The notes below the pieces were generated by a model. The model made no database searches, was not told the DNA's origin, and saw only the letters and a list, made by a program, of their open reading frames with translations. This document shows positions 24,693-38,202 of a stretch of 64,000 nucleotides of DNA, one piece after another (the stretch's first letter is position 1; the number at the start of each line of letters is the position of its first letter). The stretch lies in assembly GCA_038087875.1 (NCBI GenBank), contig CM075988.1, forward strand, positions 8,248,001 to 8,312,000, given 5' to 3'. A program made the position numbers and the translations under genes. Origin of the DNA: Malacoraja senta (Eukaryota).

Positions 24693-26644
24693 AAGTGATT
24701 AACTTTGTTGTGCTTTCTTTCACCTGTTAAGATGTTGGATAACCATGACATAGAGAGCTGCGTGAGACATCGCGATAACCATGACATAGAGGTGGGTGCT
24801 TCTAACGTTAAAAACCCACAGAATCACAAAGTCGGTATAATGGTTGCTCAACATAATGGATTCAATGAGTGAGGCTGGCACTCTTGGATAGAATTTCCTC
24901 CTTGGATGCAGTGGAAAAAGGACTTTGTAATTTGACCAGAACTTTGAATAACTTTCAATGGATCAAGAATTTAGTTCCTTAGTTGTATTCTCTTCAGTGA
25001 TACACTAAATCTACAAAAGGATCAGGTCTCTCATCAGCATAAGTCTGTAGTGATAAAGTATAGTCAATGATTCATCATTCATCATTCCAGCTGGTTTATC
25101 AAAATGTTTTCAGCACCCTAGACAGAGTAACAATGCCTACGTTAACCCTCTGATCGTATTAATTATCTCACGTGATTTCCATGAGATCAAGCTCCCAAAA
25201 ACAGGAGTAGGCCATTCAGACACTCCAGCCAGTCTCATCACAGCTGATTTGTGTCTCAATTTGCCCTTTAGTTTCATTTCCCTTGATATCACACCTACAG
25301 GACTCCATCGATCTCGGTCTTAAAGGGTCCAATTATCGGAGCTTTCTGGGGAGGTACTTCAGATATCTGCTGCCCTTTACCCCTTCCCTCCTTTACCGAC
25401 CCAACATGGATCACCTTAATAAACAGATTCCACATGGTGCTGGCTGTTAGCGCTCGAGACAGTGATGCATCAACAAGGCCAATGAAACAGCATGCACCTA
25501 GTTAGACCAATAATTCACTCATCTATCAGCACATTTTATTACTTTCCTGTTTACTACTAATCCAGCTGAATAGTTTTTGCTGAAATAAAGTGTTCTTTAA
25601 AACATAACTTTATATCACGCCACTTTTTAAATTAGATCTGGACACCCAACTGTCCAGCCTTTCACCGTTGTGAGAGTTCAGGGAATGTCAGCTGCAATTG
25701 AATCCCGTGGGACATCACAGGTCTTCCTGTTCACCTTTACACCAAACAACAAGGGAAGAGGCTCCAGCCCGCGTCAATTCCACCAAATTAAGATTCTGTT
25801 TCTAAACGATTTTCTTCGGCTCCGCTTCGATATTTCACCATCGACTGAGGATCAAAACCCTTTCCTTCTTCTAGCTCCAAGCTTTAGAACAAAGCAGTGC
25901 TTTTGATCACAGAGGAAGGAGAAGGGTTTAATGAGGTGACTGGGGGGAGGATGGAAAGCTTTTCTTTCCCGAATCTTGGCCACAATCAGTAAAGTTCAGA
26001 ATTATGATTATCATTCTGTGTGTGTGTCTGCAAGCTGTACATTTCTGTATGTACATGCATACATTTGCACAGAGCGTGTGTCAATTGACACAGTACTGGA
26101 CGCAATCAGTCGGCACCAGAGTCTAATCAGTCTCCTGTTTGACACATAGGCACCTCCCCAAATTTCCAGCCAGATTCGTTGCAGCTAATTGATTTTAAAC
26201 GTTGACAAAATTGACCTGAAATTGACAGATCCTCTTGTGGCTGATATATCACATCTGTGTGGAGCGGATCGAGAACTAAGGGCTGGCTTTCTGAATATGG
26301 TGGCAAACTTTCTTTCTGCCTGTCTCTGTTGGGAGATTCATGAATATGTTTCCCATGGGTTTCCACCCAACGGGATGAAAAGTTTTATGAAACACATTCA
26401 CGGTACTCCCGGGAGGCAAAGTCATCTGAAATATGAAAATCAATCCTTGCAATGACTGGGTAAAATGTGCTGCATTTCAACTGAAATGGAAAATAGTCAC
26501 TTTTAATTATGCTGTCAAACCAGTGGTATTGTTCTATCATATCGGCCTCGACCACCTCCCCATGCAATGTGTTCGAGTAGGCCATTCGGCCCTTCGAGCC
26601 AGCACCGCCTCGTAGGCCCCCCTCGGTCATGGCTGACCATAGGT

Positions 26645-26980
26645 GATGCATCCTAGTTGTGTTGGCCGCTTGCTCCAAACCTCGGCTAGAGCAGCTGCAG
26701 GTGAGTGATGTGTGGTCGGATGCAAGCCTGGGCGATGTCATATGGAGGACAGGCTGTTGCCCATGCAGCACGTCCCCCCTCTCCAAGTCGCTGATCGGTC
26801 CAAAGGAACAGCAGGGCCGTTACAGTTTGGCACCAGCGCCGTCACAGGAGCTGCCAGAGCGATGTTGTAGACAACGACGAACTGCGTCTGGGACTCCGAC
26901 TCCGGATTTTCTTGAGGTTTACTCCTGGAGCCTTTTCCATGACTGGATATGGCCACAAGGCAGTGGAGGTTTTAAATTAA
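26645..26980 (-). mobile_element. Possible RTE-clade LINE 5' region fragment
   Basis: CpG-rich segment (minus: atggaaaaggctccaggagtaaacctc...aaatccggagtcggagtccc...ggtgccaaactgta) resembling RTE 5' UTRs; recognition only. Confidence 0.35.
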
Positions 26981-27361
26981 AAAATGGAGTTTTCCCTCTC
27001 AGAACCCACCACCCTTTGTGTAAAAATAACTTTTCCCACACATCACTTTTAAACTATGACCTTCTTACCTTAAATTAGTATTAGCTTATTATTGCCACAT
27101 GCATCGAGATGCTGTGAAATATTTTGCTTTGTGTGCCATCCAGGCAAATCATACATTTCATATCATATAGTGCAGAAGAGAAAATAAACAGAGTGTAGAA
27201 TATAGTGTTACTGATTCATAGACAGTGCAGAGGTTTTAAAAAAGTGCAAGGATCAGGAGGTAGATTGGAAGATTGGGAATTCATCTGATAACAGCGGGAA
27301 GACAGTGTTCCTGAATCTGGTGGTACATGCTTTCAACATTTTTAATCTTTTGCATGACAGC

Positions 27362-27810
27362 TGGAAAGGGTGCAGAGAAGATTTACAGGGATGTTGCCAG
27401 GACTCGAGGGCCTGAGCTATAGGGAGGGGTTAAGCAGGCTTGGACTCTATTCCTTGGAGTGCAGGAGGATGAGAGGTGTACAAAAATATGAGAGGAATAG
27501 ATCAGGTAGACGCACAGAGTCTCTTGCCCAGAGCAGGGGAATCAAGAACCAGAGGAAATATCTTTCAGATGAGGAGGGAAAGATCTATTAGGAAGCTGAG
27601 GGGTAACACTGTCACACAGAGGGAGAAGGGTGTATTGAACGAGCTGCCGGAGGAGGCCGTTGAGGCAAGCAGCATTGCAACGTTTAAGAAGCATTTGTAC
27701 AGGTAGGACACGCTTAGAGGGATACGGACCAATGCAGGCAGGTGGGACTAGTGTAAAATGGCATGTTGGTCGGTGTGGGCAAGTTTCCACACTCTATAAC
27801 TCTTTGACTC
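27362..27810 (+). mobile_element. CR1/HER1-type LINE 3' fragment nested in a Rex1-type remnant
   Basis: VQRRFTGMLPGLEGLSYREGLSRLGLYSLECRRMRG; Rex1-like sequence resumes on the minus strand at 27810-28020. Confidence 0.8.
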
Positions 27811-30297
27811 TAGGAGAGGGGAGAAGATGGAATGACCGAGGTGGGAGTGGGCCTTGATTACGTTGGTTACTTTCCCGAGGCAGCGGGAAGTAGGCTGATT
27901 TGAGTGATGGACTGGGCTGCATTCACAAATATCTGTGATTTCTTACAGTCTTGGCAGAGCAGTTGCCATACCAAGCTGTGATGCATCCGGATAGGTCGCT
28001 TTCCATGGTGCATCCGTAGAAATAATAAGACTTTCCAGTGGCTTCCTGGAGTGACAAAACCAATCAATCAGAGGTGATGGGTTCAAACCCTGCTACAGTC
28101 ATAATCTACACTGACACTGGATATCACTACGCTGACAGAGGTGCCATTCGTCAAGGTAGTATCTGCCTGTTTTGTCAGGTTAAGACACTGAGAATCAGTG
28201 GACACTGAAAATCTATAAGAAAGTCGAAGTATGTTTTAAAATGTATGCTACAAAAGGTTCTATAGCCAATGTGGTCACTTAATACAGGAAACTTGCAGTC
28301 AGTATGTGCTCATTAAGTTTCCACAATCAGTAGTGTATAAAAGAGCAAAAAATCTGAATTTAGCATTAATTATTGACGAATAAATATGGCCAGCACTGGT
28401 AGGAGCTCATCTGGTATGTCTAGAAATAGTAAAATTATAAATGCAATCACCGTAATTTCAAAAGTAATTAGCTTGCGTCGCAAACTTTGATATTTGTGTC
28501 TGTGTGTAAAAGTATAATGAAACACATGGAAATATTCTTGATGGGACATCTCATCAAACTATAGCATTGCCAAGAGTGTAACCGTTCTACATCACTGTGC
28601 TGAACATACACACGACATTTTGTACGTTCGCCTTTGGAGTGAGAATTGAATCGACAACCTTCTAATTCCAGGGCAGTCTGTTATTCACTGACGGACGGCA
28701 TGAGTTTGACCAAAGTGCTTTAAACATTTTTTTAATTGTTATTTGCGGGGTCTTCCTTTGTGTAAATCAAAGGCTTCTAACATGTAGAATTTGAAACAGC
28801 ACGGCACATGAATAGGCCCTTCAGCCCACTATGTCTGTGCCGACCATGATGCCAAATTAAACTAATTCCAGCTGTCTGCACATGATCCATATACCTCCAT
28901 TCCCTGTCTGTTTATGTGCCCATCTAAATACTTCTTAAATGTCACCACTGTATTTACTTCCACTAACCCCATTCCCCTTCCCTAGCAGTTCTATCCAGGC
29001 ACCTACCACATTGTGTGTAGAAATACTCCATCGCACACCTTCACTTAACAATAGACAATAGACAATAGGTGCAGGAGTAAGCTATTCGGCCCTTCGAGCC
29101 AGCACCGCAATTCAATGTGATCATGGCTGATCATCCCCAATCAGTACCCCGTTCCTGCCTACTCCCCATCTCCCCTGACTCCGCTATCTTTAAGAGCCCT
29201 ATCTAGCTCTCTCTTGAAAGTATCCAGGGAACTGGCCTCCACCCTCTGAGGCTGAGAATTCCACAAACTTTCCTCCTCCCACCGTAAGTATTCAACATTT
29301 CCACTCTGAGGAAAAGGTTAATTCTATCTCAGTTTACTATTCTTCTATTGCATATCTCCCCTCTGCCTCCCACACTCCAGAGAAAACTATACTTTGGAGT
29401 CTGAAGAAGGGTCTCGACCCGAAACATCACCTATTTCTTTTTTCCAGATATGCTGTCTGAAACGGCTGAGTTACTCGAGCTATTTGTGTCTTTCACCAAG
29501 TTTTACAACCTCTCCCTGTGGCTAATTCTCTCTAATCCAGGCAACATCCCAGTGAACAACTTCTGCATCCTCTCCAAAGCCTCCACATTCTTCCTGTAAT
29601 GTGAAGACCTATCAATTCGTCCACTTGCTGAGGAGCTGCTCCGGTTCCCATGCCCCAACGTGCCAGTTTAAATCCTCCTGAATAACACAAGGAAACGTCC
29701 CTGCACAGATGTCCTGCAGCTCGCAACCGATACTTCCCGTGCAGGTCTCAGCTGCTTTGGAAGATACCCCAATGATCCATATACCTGAAACTCTCCCTTC
29801 TCCACCAGTTTCTTAGCCATGCAATCATCCGTACTCTCTTCCCGTTATTTTTGTCTCGCTGGCACATGGCACGTGCCATCAAAACCACAGCAATCCCAAA
29901 TAATAAACACTCCAGAGTGGGTGTAAAACTCTTAACTAAGTTTTATATAAATGGAAGGCTCTCTCTCCACATTCAGCCAGACCAGGAAAGCATTAGATTG
30001 AACTTGCCATGAGCAATGAAGGAATTGAGCCTCAATAAATAATCAGTAATTGCTGTTGGAATACGCCTATGCCTGCCTTCAGGGGTTTAGTTGGGGCTCA
30101 TGTTGTCGACCTCCCCGTGGTGAGCTCTGTCAACTGACCTCAGTCAGGCGAACGACAACAAACAGAGACAGCAGTAGCGCCGCAGCTTGGCGCCAACCCG
30201 GAGCATGCGCCCTTTTTAGGGCGGCACCTACGGATGTCGAACCGGACGGCATCACCCTTCTGCAGACTTCTACTGCCTCAAACGCAAGTAGAAGGGG

Positions 30298-30586
30298 TTT
30301 AGTTTAGTTTAGTTTAGAGATACAGCATGGAAACAGGCCCTTCAGCCCATTGAGTCCATGCCGACCATCGATCGCCCGTTCACGCTAGCATTGTGTTACT
30401 CCACTTTCATATCCACTCCCTTCACACTAGGGTCAATTTGCAGAGGCCAATTAACCTACAAACCAGCACATCTTTGGGATGTGGGAGGAAACCGGAGGAA
30501 ACCCACATGGACACAGGGGGAACGTGCAAACTCCACACGGATAGTACCCAAGGTCAGAACCAAGAACCCGAGACTCTGGCCCTGTG
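30298..30586 (-). mobile_element. V-SINE (HE1-like)
   Basis: (tttag)n-agatacagcatggaaacaggcccttc...gtgggaggaaaccggag. Confidence 0.8.
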
Positions 30587-31853
30587 ATGCTGCAAGTCCA
30601 CCAGCTGGTATCCGCCCGGGTATTAATCATTTCTGTTGGCTAGAGGAGAAGGATCCCTACCCGTAACGTCACCCATCCCTTTTCTCCAGAGATGCTGCCT
30701 GAGCCGCTGAGTTACTCCAGCACTTTGTGTCTATCTTTGATATAAACCAGCATCTGCAGTTCCTTGTTTCTACTAACCATGAAAATATGTGGCTCAGCCA
30801 TATTTCTGCTGCTTTGTGTAAAGTAAATGATGTTCAAAGTCTGCCTGAGATAAAGATGTTTTTCCTCAGGGTATGTACTAAGCCACTGCCCAGCATGTCA
30901 TTGGCAGGGGTCACTAACCTGTTTACTTTCCAGCTTGTGTTAAATTATAAAATGTAGTGCTTTTAACACAGAGATTTTCCCGACTCAAGGACATCTCAGG
31001 AGTGTACGATGGCCAATGTGATCAATATTCAATTCTGTTTGATTTTCTCTCTGTTGAAATGCAATTATAAACCTTACCATTCCCAAACACACTTGCATCC
31101 CACATCTCCTCAGTTGGTACAGTTAGGGTTAGGTTGTGATTTATCGGACAGTGGGACAACATGCCCTCTGGTGCTTATTGATCTCTCCCTGGAGATTCCT
31201 TTTCACTATGTACTGTCGCTTGGTATTTGGGTTAGGGTTAGGGTTAGAGTTCAGGTTGGTGCAGCGGGTAGAGCTACTTCTTCACAGCTCCAGGGGCTAG
31301 GTTTGATCCTGGCCCCCAGTGCTGTCAGTGTGGAATTTGCGCGCTTCCTCTGTGACCGCGTGGATTTCTCCGGTGTCCTCCCTCATCGCAAAGAAATTAG
31401 TGTTGATTGACTGCTGGACGTCAGCCCCAATGTGTAGGTGCTTGGTAGAGGGAGAGTTGATGGTTACGTGCGGAGAATAAAATGCGATTAGCGTCTGGTT
31501 GGTGGTCGGCGCGGACTTAGTAGAAGACCGGCCTGTTTCCATGCTGTGACTCACTGAGGAAAGATTGGGCAAGTGGTTGAAATTTGACCAAAAAATTCAG
31601 CATGAGCTATCAATCAGTTGTTCCCTCCAGAGCCAATTTCACACTCTGTTCTCTGGAGAAGAAAAGTTATTACAATTTACCAGGTGGATGTTTTTGTTAA
31701 AATGTATCTTGTGTGTTTTGTTGTTTTTTATTGGTATGACTGTATGGCAAATCAAATTCCTCACTAATAAAGTATGATTATGATTATGAGAAAGAACTCA
31801 GCTACAGAGTACTACTCACTACTGCTGCGTGTTGATATTTGACTGGCCATACT

Positions 31854-31887
31854 GGTCTGAAGAAGGGTCTCAACCCGAAACGTCACC
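31854..31887 (+). ncRNA. Minimal hammerhead ribozyme-like motif (Penelope-derived short repeat)
   Basis: ggt-CTGAAGA-a-GGGT(ctca)ACCC-GAAA-cG-TC-acc, with 3-bp stem I (ggt/acc). Confidence 0.55.
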
Positions 31888-33422
31888 CATTCCTTCTCTC
31901 CAGAGATGCTGCCTGTCCCGCTGAGTTACTCCAGCATTTTGTGTCTATCTTTGGTCCATTTACTCCGTGAGTGGAGTAAAGGAGATGAAACACTGGACTT
32001 CCTTTGAGCCTTCTACTCTCTTCACTTTCTAAGCTGAGGGCTAGACTACCCGAGGCCAATTTCCTAAGGAAACTGAGTTGTTCTTCTTCATCTCCCCAAC
32101 TTGGTTGAGATGACAGTGGTGAATCCTGAATCCATACCAGCTCTTGTCCTCTCCCGCACGTTGCCATCTTCAGATTGAGATGGGCTCCTCCGTCAAGAGT
32201 TTGCCAAAACAATTGTCGGCTCAGGTACAATATTAGATCCCACCCAACCCAACCATGGCTAATCCAAACTCAACCCAAGTCCAATCACTTCTTTTTGTGG
32301 ACACACTGAAGTGAATCTGAAACCACCCTGGCCAAGCTCTCACTTCACTCTTGCCATCGAGAAGAAGGTACGGGATCCTGAAAACTGTAATGTCCAGGTT
32401 CAAGAACATCTTCTGCCCAACATTGGACACTATGTTACTCCAACTAAACTCCGAACTATGAATGGTCTTGATTGCACTAGGGGTTGCCAATCTTTGTTTT
32501 TGCACTATTTTTTAAACATTTATTAAACTTATTTTTGTTGTTTATTATGGTATCTACTGAGTACTATGTTCACATACCTGTTGTGCTGCTGCAAGTAAGA
32601 ATTTAATGGTTTTGGGACATATGAGAATAAAACACTCCTGACCTGACTCTCACTGCTGGGTTCAGTTGGGTCCATACTCAGCACGTACCACTCCACTGAC
32701 GGCGATCGCTCACATTATTGGGCCCTGTAACCTGCCTCACACACCAGCCTGTGGTTCTGACCAAACATTGTACTATATAAATCTGCATGCTCCCATGCGG
32801 GAGAAACACACACTGCTTGTTACTGGAAAATGCTGTGAAGGCTGGTTCAATTTAAAATATCAAGGCTGAGATCAATATGTTTTTGTTGGGTAAGAGCATC
32901 AAGGGATATGGAGTGAAGGCAAGTAAATAAAATTAATGTACAGATCAACCGTGATCTAACTGATTGGTTAAACAGACTGCATACCCTGCCGCTGTCCCTT
33001 TTCCGTGGACAGCTTTGCCCATTAGGGGCTCAGATCTGTATGATTTACTGCTGTATCTCAATTGATCCGAGTCCAACTCACTCGGGCCATCAAAATCAGT
33101 CACTGTTCCTGCCCTCCAGCCAGAGAGATCCGTATTCCTATACCTTTCCATCCAGCCTCCGCACAGTGCCAGTCTTGGAGGCTCCTCCAAACTATTTTGG
33201 CATCTGCAGTCACTGTTAAACTTATTAAGAAACTTAAGGAAGCAGAACAAAACTGAAAGGAGGAGAACGTTAATAATTTTTCGCAACTATCTGACTTTTT
33301 TACGAGGGGTCCCGATGGTGACATTTGCTCTTTAAAGCCTGAAGCAACCTGTGTCTTTTAAATTGCTACTGTCATCCTTTCAGTGCATTACCATAAATCA
33401 GGTGTCCTGATTAAACACTCAC

Positions 33423-33741
33423 CGGTGTGCACTGAGCTATCTCTGGTCAACCAACCACCCGCTGCGAAACACAATGTAATTAAATATTGACTAGGCAATG
33501 CTGTTTCCTTGAACAAACTGCTCTGCTGTTTGGGAAATGAACAAGACTCTAAGCTGAAGCACGAGAGAATGCCACGCTTGAGCAGAGCTACGGTTACGTT
33601 AGTACACGCCGTCTTGATGCACTGTTTGAGATGCTTCCCTTGCAGACACTGTCTAGGTCTGGTGAGGATGGTGAGCACACAGAGAGACCTGCCAGATGCC
33701 AGCCGCCAGCTGTCATTCCCTTCTCCATGTCCTGGTTCCAT
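33423..33741 (-). CDS. Candidate alternative first coding exon of the ROBO gene
   Basis: Lies in the long repeat-free ORF 33388-33930. In-frame ATG at 33741. Ends ...PSQYLITLCFAAGGWLTRDSSVHT-G at a consensus donor CCG|GTGAGT (GT at 33422-33421) in phase 1, which joins in frame to the Ig1 exon. I recognise no homology and there is no transcript evidence. Confidence 0.35.
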
Positions 33742-33834
33742 CTGGCATCGCACAGATCCTCCTGGGCCCTCTGAACCATCCCTCGATAGTACAAGCAGCA
33801 ACTTCACTGTCGTTCCTCCTCTCTCTTGCTGGAC

Positions 33835-33864
33835 GATTGACTCGCACCGGGATATAGTTTTATA
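33835..33864 (-). promoter_or_regulatory. Putative TATA box with Inr-like element upstream of the candidate first exon
   Basis: TATAAAA on the minus strand at 33864-33858; TCAATC at 33840-33835. Confidence 0.3.
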
Positions 33865-34847
33865 ATAACGTAGGCCCACTTCATCTGCTCCTCCATCTTT
33901 GGTCTGGACAAGTGCTGAATAGATTGTCAAAGATGAGCAGTGTCAAGTGAGATGATTTATTAACGATAAGGGATAGAAACAGGCCCTTCAGCCCATCAAA
34001 TGCACGCTGACCAATCAATCACCCGATATCACTAGGTTTATGTTATGCCACTTTCTCATCCACACCTTACACACTAGGGGCAATTTACAGATGCCAACTA
34101 ACCTACAAACATCCACGTCTTTGTGAAAAAACTCAAATGAAGTGCACGGAAATATATTATCACAACAATGGCACTAAATAACTGCAAATCAGTGTTTGTG
34201 TCAATTGCATAAGTTGAGCAGTGGTCAGGAATAGGAAAGAGAGTTCATCATCTATTTTGGTTTCTCCTCTCTACACATGGTCACTCTATCATTTGCTGTT
34301 TGCTTTACAGTCACAAACTTACCACATTGTTAAAACTATTACCATATCAGCCCTATTTACCAAATATTCATCAGCGGAGCAGAAGAACATGTGTTAGCTT
34401 CTATTTTGTCTCTGGTTAGTTAGTTGCTGAGTTATATAAAGCAAGGACAGGATGAGATTTTAAAAAACCACACTGCTCATTCATGAAATAGATTAAAACA
34501 ATTTTCATCTCCATGAAAAACATATACTTTAGTCAAAGGAGCTGTTAATAGGATTGGGAAGAAGAGCTGGACATAACACAAGCATTCTTATTTACAAGCA
34601 ACCTTGACCTCTGTCTATTTGATCAATCTTTGGTGACCTTTTCCTAACAACGCTATTTATTTTTTGCCTGATTATCCCCCTGTGAAGCACCTTCAAATTC
34701 TGTAATGTAAATGCAAGTTATTGTTGTTATATCAATCAATTCGATGAGGGAAGCCTGAAGCGAGCTCCTTGGATGAGTTACAACGCCCGACAGCATTCTT
34801 CACCCTTCCTACAGTATCTAGGTTCTCTGTCCTTGTTTAGCTTATTC

Positions 34848-35167
34848 ATTTAGTTTAATTTCTAGATACAGCATGCGAACAGGCCCTTCAGCCCACCGAG
34901 TCCGTGCTGACCATCGATCACCGACACACTAGTTCTATGTTATCCCACTTTTGTATTCTACACACTGGGGGAAAGTCACTGAAGCCAATTAACCTACAAA
35001 CCTTCACGTCTTTGAAACATGGGAGATAACTGGAGCACCCGGACAAAACCCACACGGTCACAGGGAGAACGTACAAACTCCGGGCAGACAGCATGTGTAG
35101 TCGGGACTGAAGCCAAGACTCTGGCGCCGTGAGGCAGCAGCTCTAACTCTGCGCCACTGTGCCACCC
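34848..35167 (-). mobile_element. V-SINE (HE1-like)
   Basis: Reverse-complement consensus through ctctgcgccactgtgccaccc. Confidence 0.8.
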
Positions 35168-35996
35168 TTTTGTGTCCTGCAGTAAGGTGCAAAACTTCCT
35201 GAAGATAACTGGATGAGACGGCATCTTAAACTATCATGGGGTCACATACAAACCATTTGATCTCCCAAATACTCCCTGGCCTACTGAAAAGGATTACTTT
35301 GCTATTTCACGGTAAAATCGCAGACGAAACATAATTTCTACTCTCTTACAGTAGCAAAATCATGTGACATTGTGTAAGGTGTCATTATTAGTGACGTACC
35401 TGTCGGTTATATTAATAAAGCACGCAAAGCTTACGGCTTCCCTTCTGAATGGGACAAGCTTTCAACACACCCCTCACTGTAAAACGCTTACTGTTAGGCC
35501 TCTGAGTGTTTTGCACTTAACATTACCTGTCAAGTTTTAATCTCTCGCAGTTTGTAACAGCAAGCTTCATAAAACATGTTGGAGCACAGGCCTGATATTT
35601 CAAAGAGAACTTGATCAAAGAATGAAACCATCAATCGTCTTTGTAAGCTTTGTTAAAACCTACATTCAAATATTACAACCACAGCCACAATGCACGTGAT
35701 TAAATTGTGGTTAAAAGATCCCCTACTGCCAGTGTGCAGAGCAATAAGGATTTGGTGGAGTTTGGGATGCAACAGGAAATAGCAAAGATGGAATAGGGAG
35801 GGGTGTGGGGAGGAGGTGGATGCATTTGCACCTTTCTGCCTCTTATCAGCAGAGCAGAATAGGATACGTTACTAATTGGACACAAAGTGCAAATTTAAAT
35901 TCTTGGTTGATAACTAATGGGGAAACTGGCAATGAATCATGAAAGCTACAGTTATCCACTACTTACCTAACAGCAAGACACATTATCCTCCACTTT

Positions 35997-36195
35997 AGAT
36001 ACAAAAAGTGGAGTAACTCAGCGGGACAGGCAGCATCTCTGGAGAGAAGTCGTTTCGGGTCGAGACCCTTCTTCAGACCGGAAATGTCACCCATTCCTTA
36101 TCTCCAGAGATGCTGCCTGTCCCGCCGATTTACTCCAGCTTTGTGTGTCGTCTATCTTCGGTTTAAACCAGCATCTGCAGTTCCTTCTTACACAT
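35997..36195. mobile_element. Inverted pair of Penelope-derived hammerhead repeats
   Basis: ggagtaactcagcgggacaggcagcatctctggaga ... tctccagagatgctgcctgtcccgc. Confidence 0.75.
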
Positions 36196-37499
36196 TTACT
36201 CTCCACTTTATTTAATCTCCAATACTATGTTACTCATTCCCACAGCTTACAACACCACAATAAATGCTTTAATTTCAGAACTACTCACTGAAAGGAAGGT
36301 TAAGTCTTGTTTCTGTTCCGTTTGGATAGATAGATGTTGTGACTGTCTCTCAGGAGGGATGGTCTTACTTCTGAGAGATTACAATGGAGCAATTACTTCT
36401 CTTGATGTTTCTAGTCCTGGTCTTACTAATCTCGAAATAATTATCTTCCTCGCCTTCAAACGAGTAACTTTACAGCGCTGAGATCCAGACTTAACATATT
36501 GTCTCAGTTCTGACGCATTCTTTCCCATGACCCCTAACCTGAGTGCCCACTTGGTCATCCCTTTCTCTTCTATTTTACATGTATAAATTACATAGTAAGA
36601 CCTTCCTCGATCCCTGCATCCAATTTATGGGGATAAAAAGGAGTGTAGCATACGCTCATTGAGTGTGTCATTGTGGACGATCAGCCATGGTCACAATGAA
36701 TGGCGGTGCTGGCTTGAAGGGCCAAATGGCCTCCTCCTGCACCTATTTTCTATGATACCCTTATCATCAACCTGAAGGAGGGTCTCGATCTGAAACAGCA
36801 CCCATTCCTTCTATTCAGAGATGCTGCCTGGCCCGCTGAGTTACTCCAGCATTATGTGTCTAACCTCATTGAATGACCAGTTGACCGATCTTAGTCATAT
36901 CTTAACTCAGATACTTCCTGGGAAATGGAAAGTTCAATGGTTCTTTACTGTCACGTACGTACTGCACAGTGACATTTTTTTCACATAGTTCACACGTGCA
37001 TAGGTCACCATATTTTGGTGCCATTTACACAAAGAAAAAGTCCAAAGTCAAGTCCACATGCTAGATGCGTGGAGTGCCCCAAACCAGGTAGGGTTGGAGA
37101 TACCAACATACACATGTGAACTTGGTGCTTTTGTCACAGAGTCCAGACACAAAGGATAGACATTCATAAGGTGCCTTTCATTGTCTGACTAAATGCTTCA
37201 CAGCCAATAGATTGGAGCTGCGCCTATTATGAAAATGCAACATCCAACAGCAAGATTCCAAATATTAACCAAATAATTTATATTGTTTAAAGCATTTGTT
37301 TGCAAAATCAATATTAACCAAGACACTATGCCATAGGACTAATATTTCAATGCAACATCTCATCTGAAAAGTGGAGCCACAAAGTGAACCCATCTCAGCA
37401 ACGGTACTGCAGTGGTTCTGTCTTCAAGATGCTGGAGTGGGAATTGAACTCAAGCAGGCACAGTCTGGTCCAGGGGCCAACTGATTGATGACTGTGCAA

Positions 37500-37726
37500 A
37501 AAAAACCAAAGAGCTGGAGTAACTCAGCAGGTCAGGCAACATCTCTGGAGAACACAGATAGGCAGCGTTTTGTGTCAGGGCCCTTCTTCACGCTGAAGTA
37601 TGAACCCGACCTGAAACATCGCTTATCCGTGCTCTCCAGAGATGCTGTCTGACCCGATGAGTTACTCCAGCACTTTGTGGGGTTTTTTTAAACTCTAGAT
37701 TCCAGCATCTGCACATCCTTGTGTCT
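37500..37726. mobile_element. Inverted pair of Penelope-derived repeats
   Basis: gctggagtaactcagcaggtcaggc ... gctgtctgacccgatgagttactccagc. Confidence 0.7.
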
Positions 37727-37819
37727 GCCCCAATGACTGATCCTGATGCCAACAGCTCCTCAACAGTGAAACTTCAACCAGATGTAAATACTCGAGATAG
37801 ACACAAAGTGCTGCAGTAA

Positions 37820-38202
37820 AGGGCCTGTCCCACTTACGCGACCTTTACAGGCGACTGCTGGCACCCGTGATAGGTCGCCGAAATTTTCAACATGTTGAAA
37901 ATTTTCAACATGTTGAAAATTCAGTGGCGACCAGAAAGACGCTACGACTCTTTGGAGACCTCTCACGACCATAGGAGACCTCTCACGACCATACAGGCGA
38001 TCCCTGGCGACATGTCGCAGGTGACCTCTCACGACCATACAGTCTGTATGGTTGTGAGAGGTATCCTATGGTCGTGAGAGGTCTCCAATGAGTTGTAGCA
38101 TCTTTCTGGTCGTCGCTGAATTTTCAACATGTTGAAAATTTCGATGACCTATCACGGGTGCCGGCAGTCGCCTGTAAAGGTTGCGTAAGTGGGACAGGCC
38201 CT
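37820..38202. mobile_element. PIF/Harbinger-like MITE family A (nearly fully palindromic)
   Basis: TIR AGGGCCTGTCCCACTTACGCGACC.../...AGTGGGACAGGCCCT; TAA TSD (37817-37819, 38203-38205) at the gagTAActc site of the host repeat; internal gacctctcacgaccata repeats. Confidence 0.85.

Noticed and set aside
24738..24791. 18-bp direct repeat (gataaccatgacatagag) with an 18-bp spacer, CRISPR-like
   Set aside because: Only two units, vertebrate DNA, no cas genes; a simple local duplication
32945..33286. 113-aa minus-strand ORF with a hydrophobic start and a GTATGC donor-like site as a ROBO first exon
   Set aside because: It starts at TTG, and the donor falls in phase 2, incompatible with the phase-1 Ig1 exon; the phase-1 frame has a nearby stop
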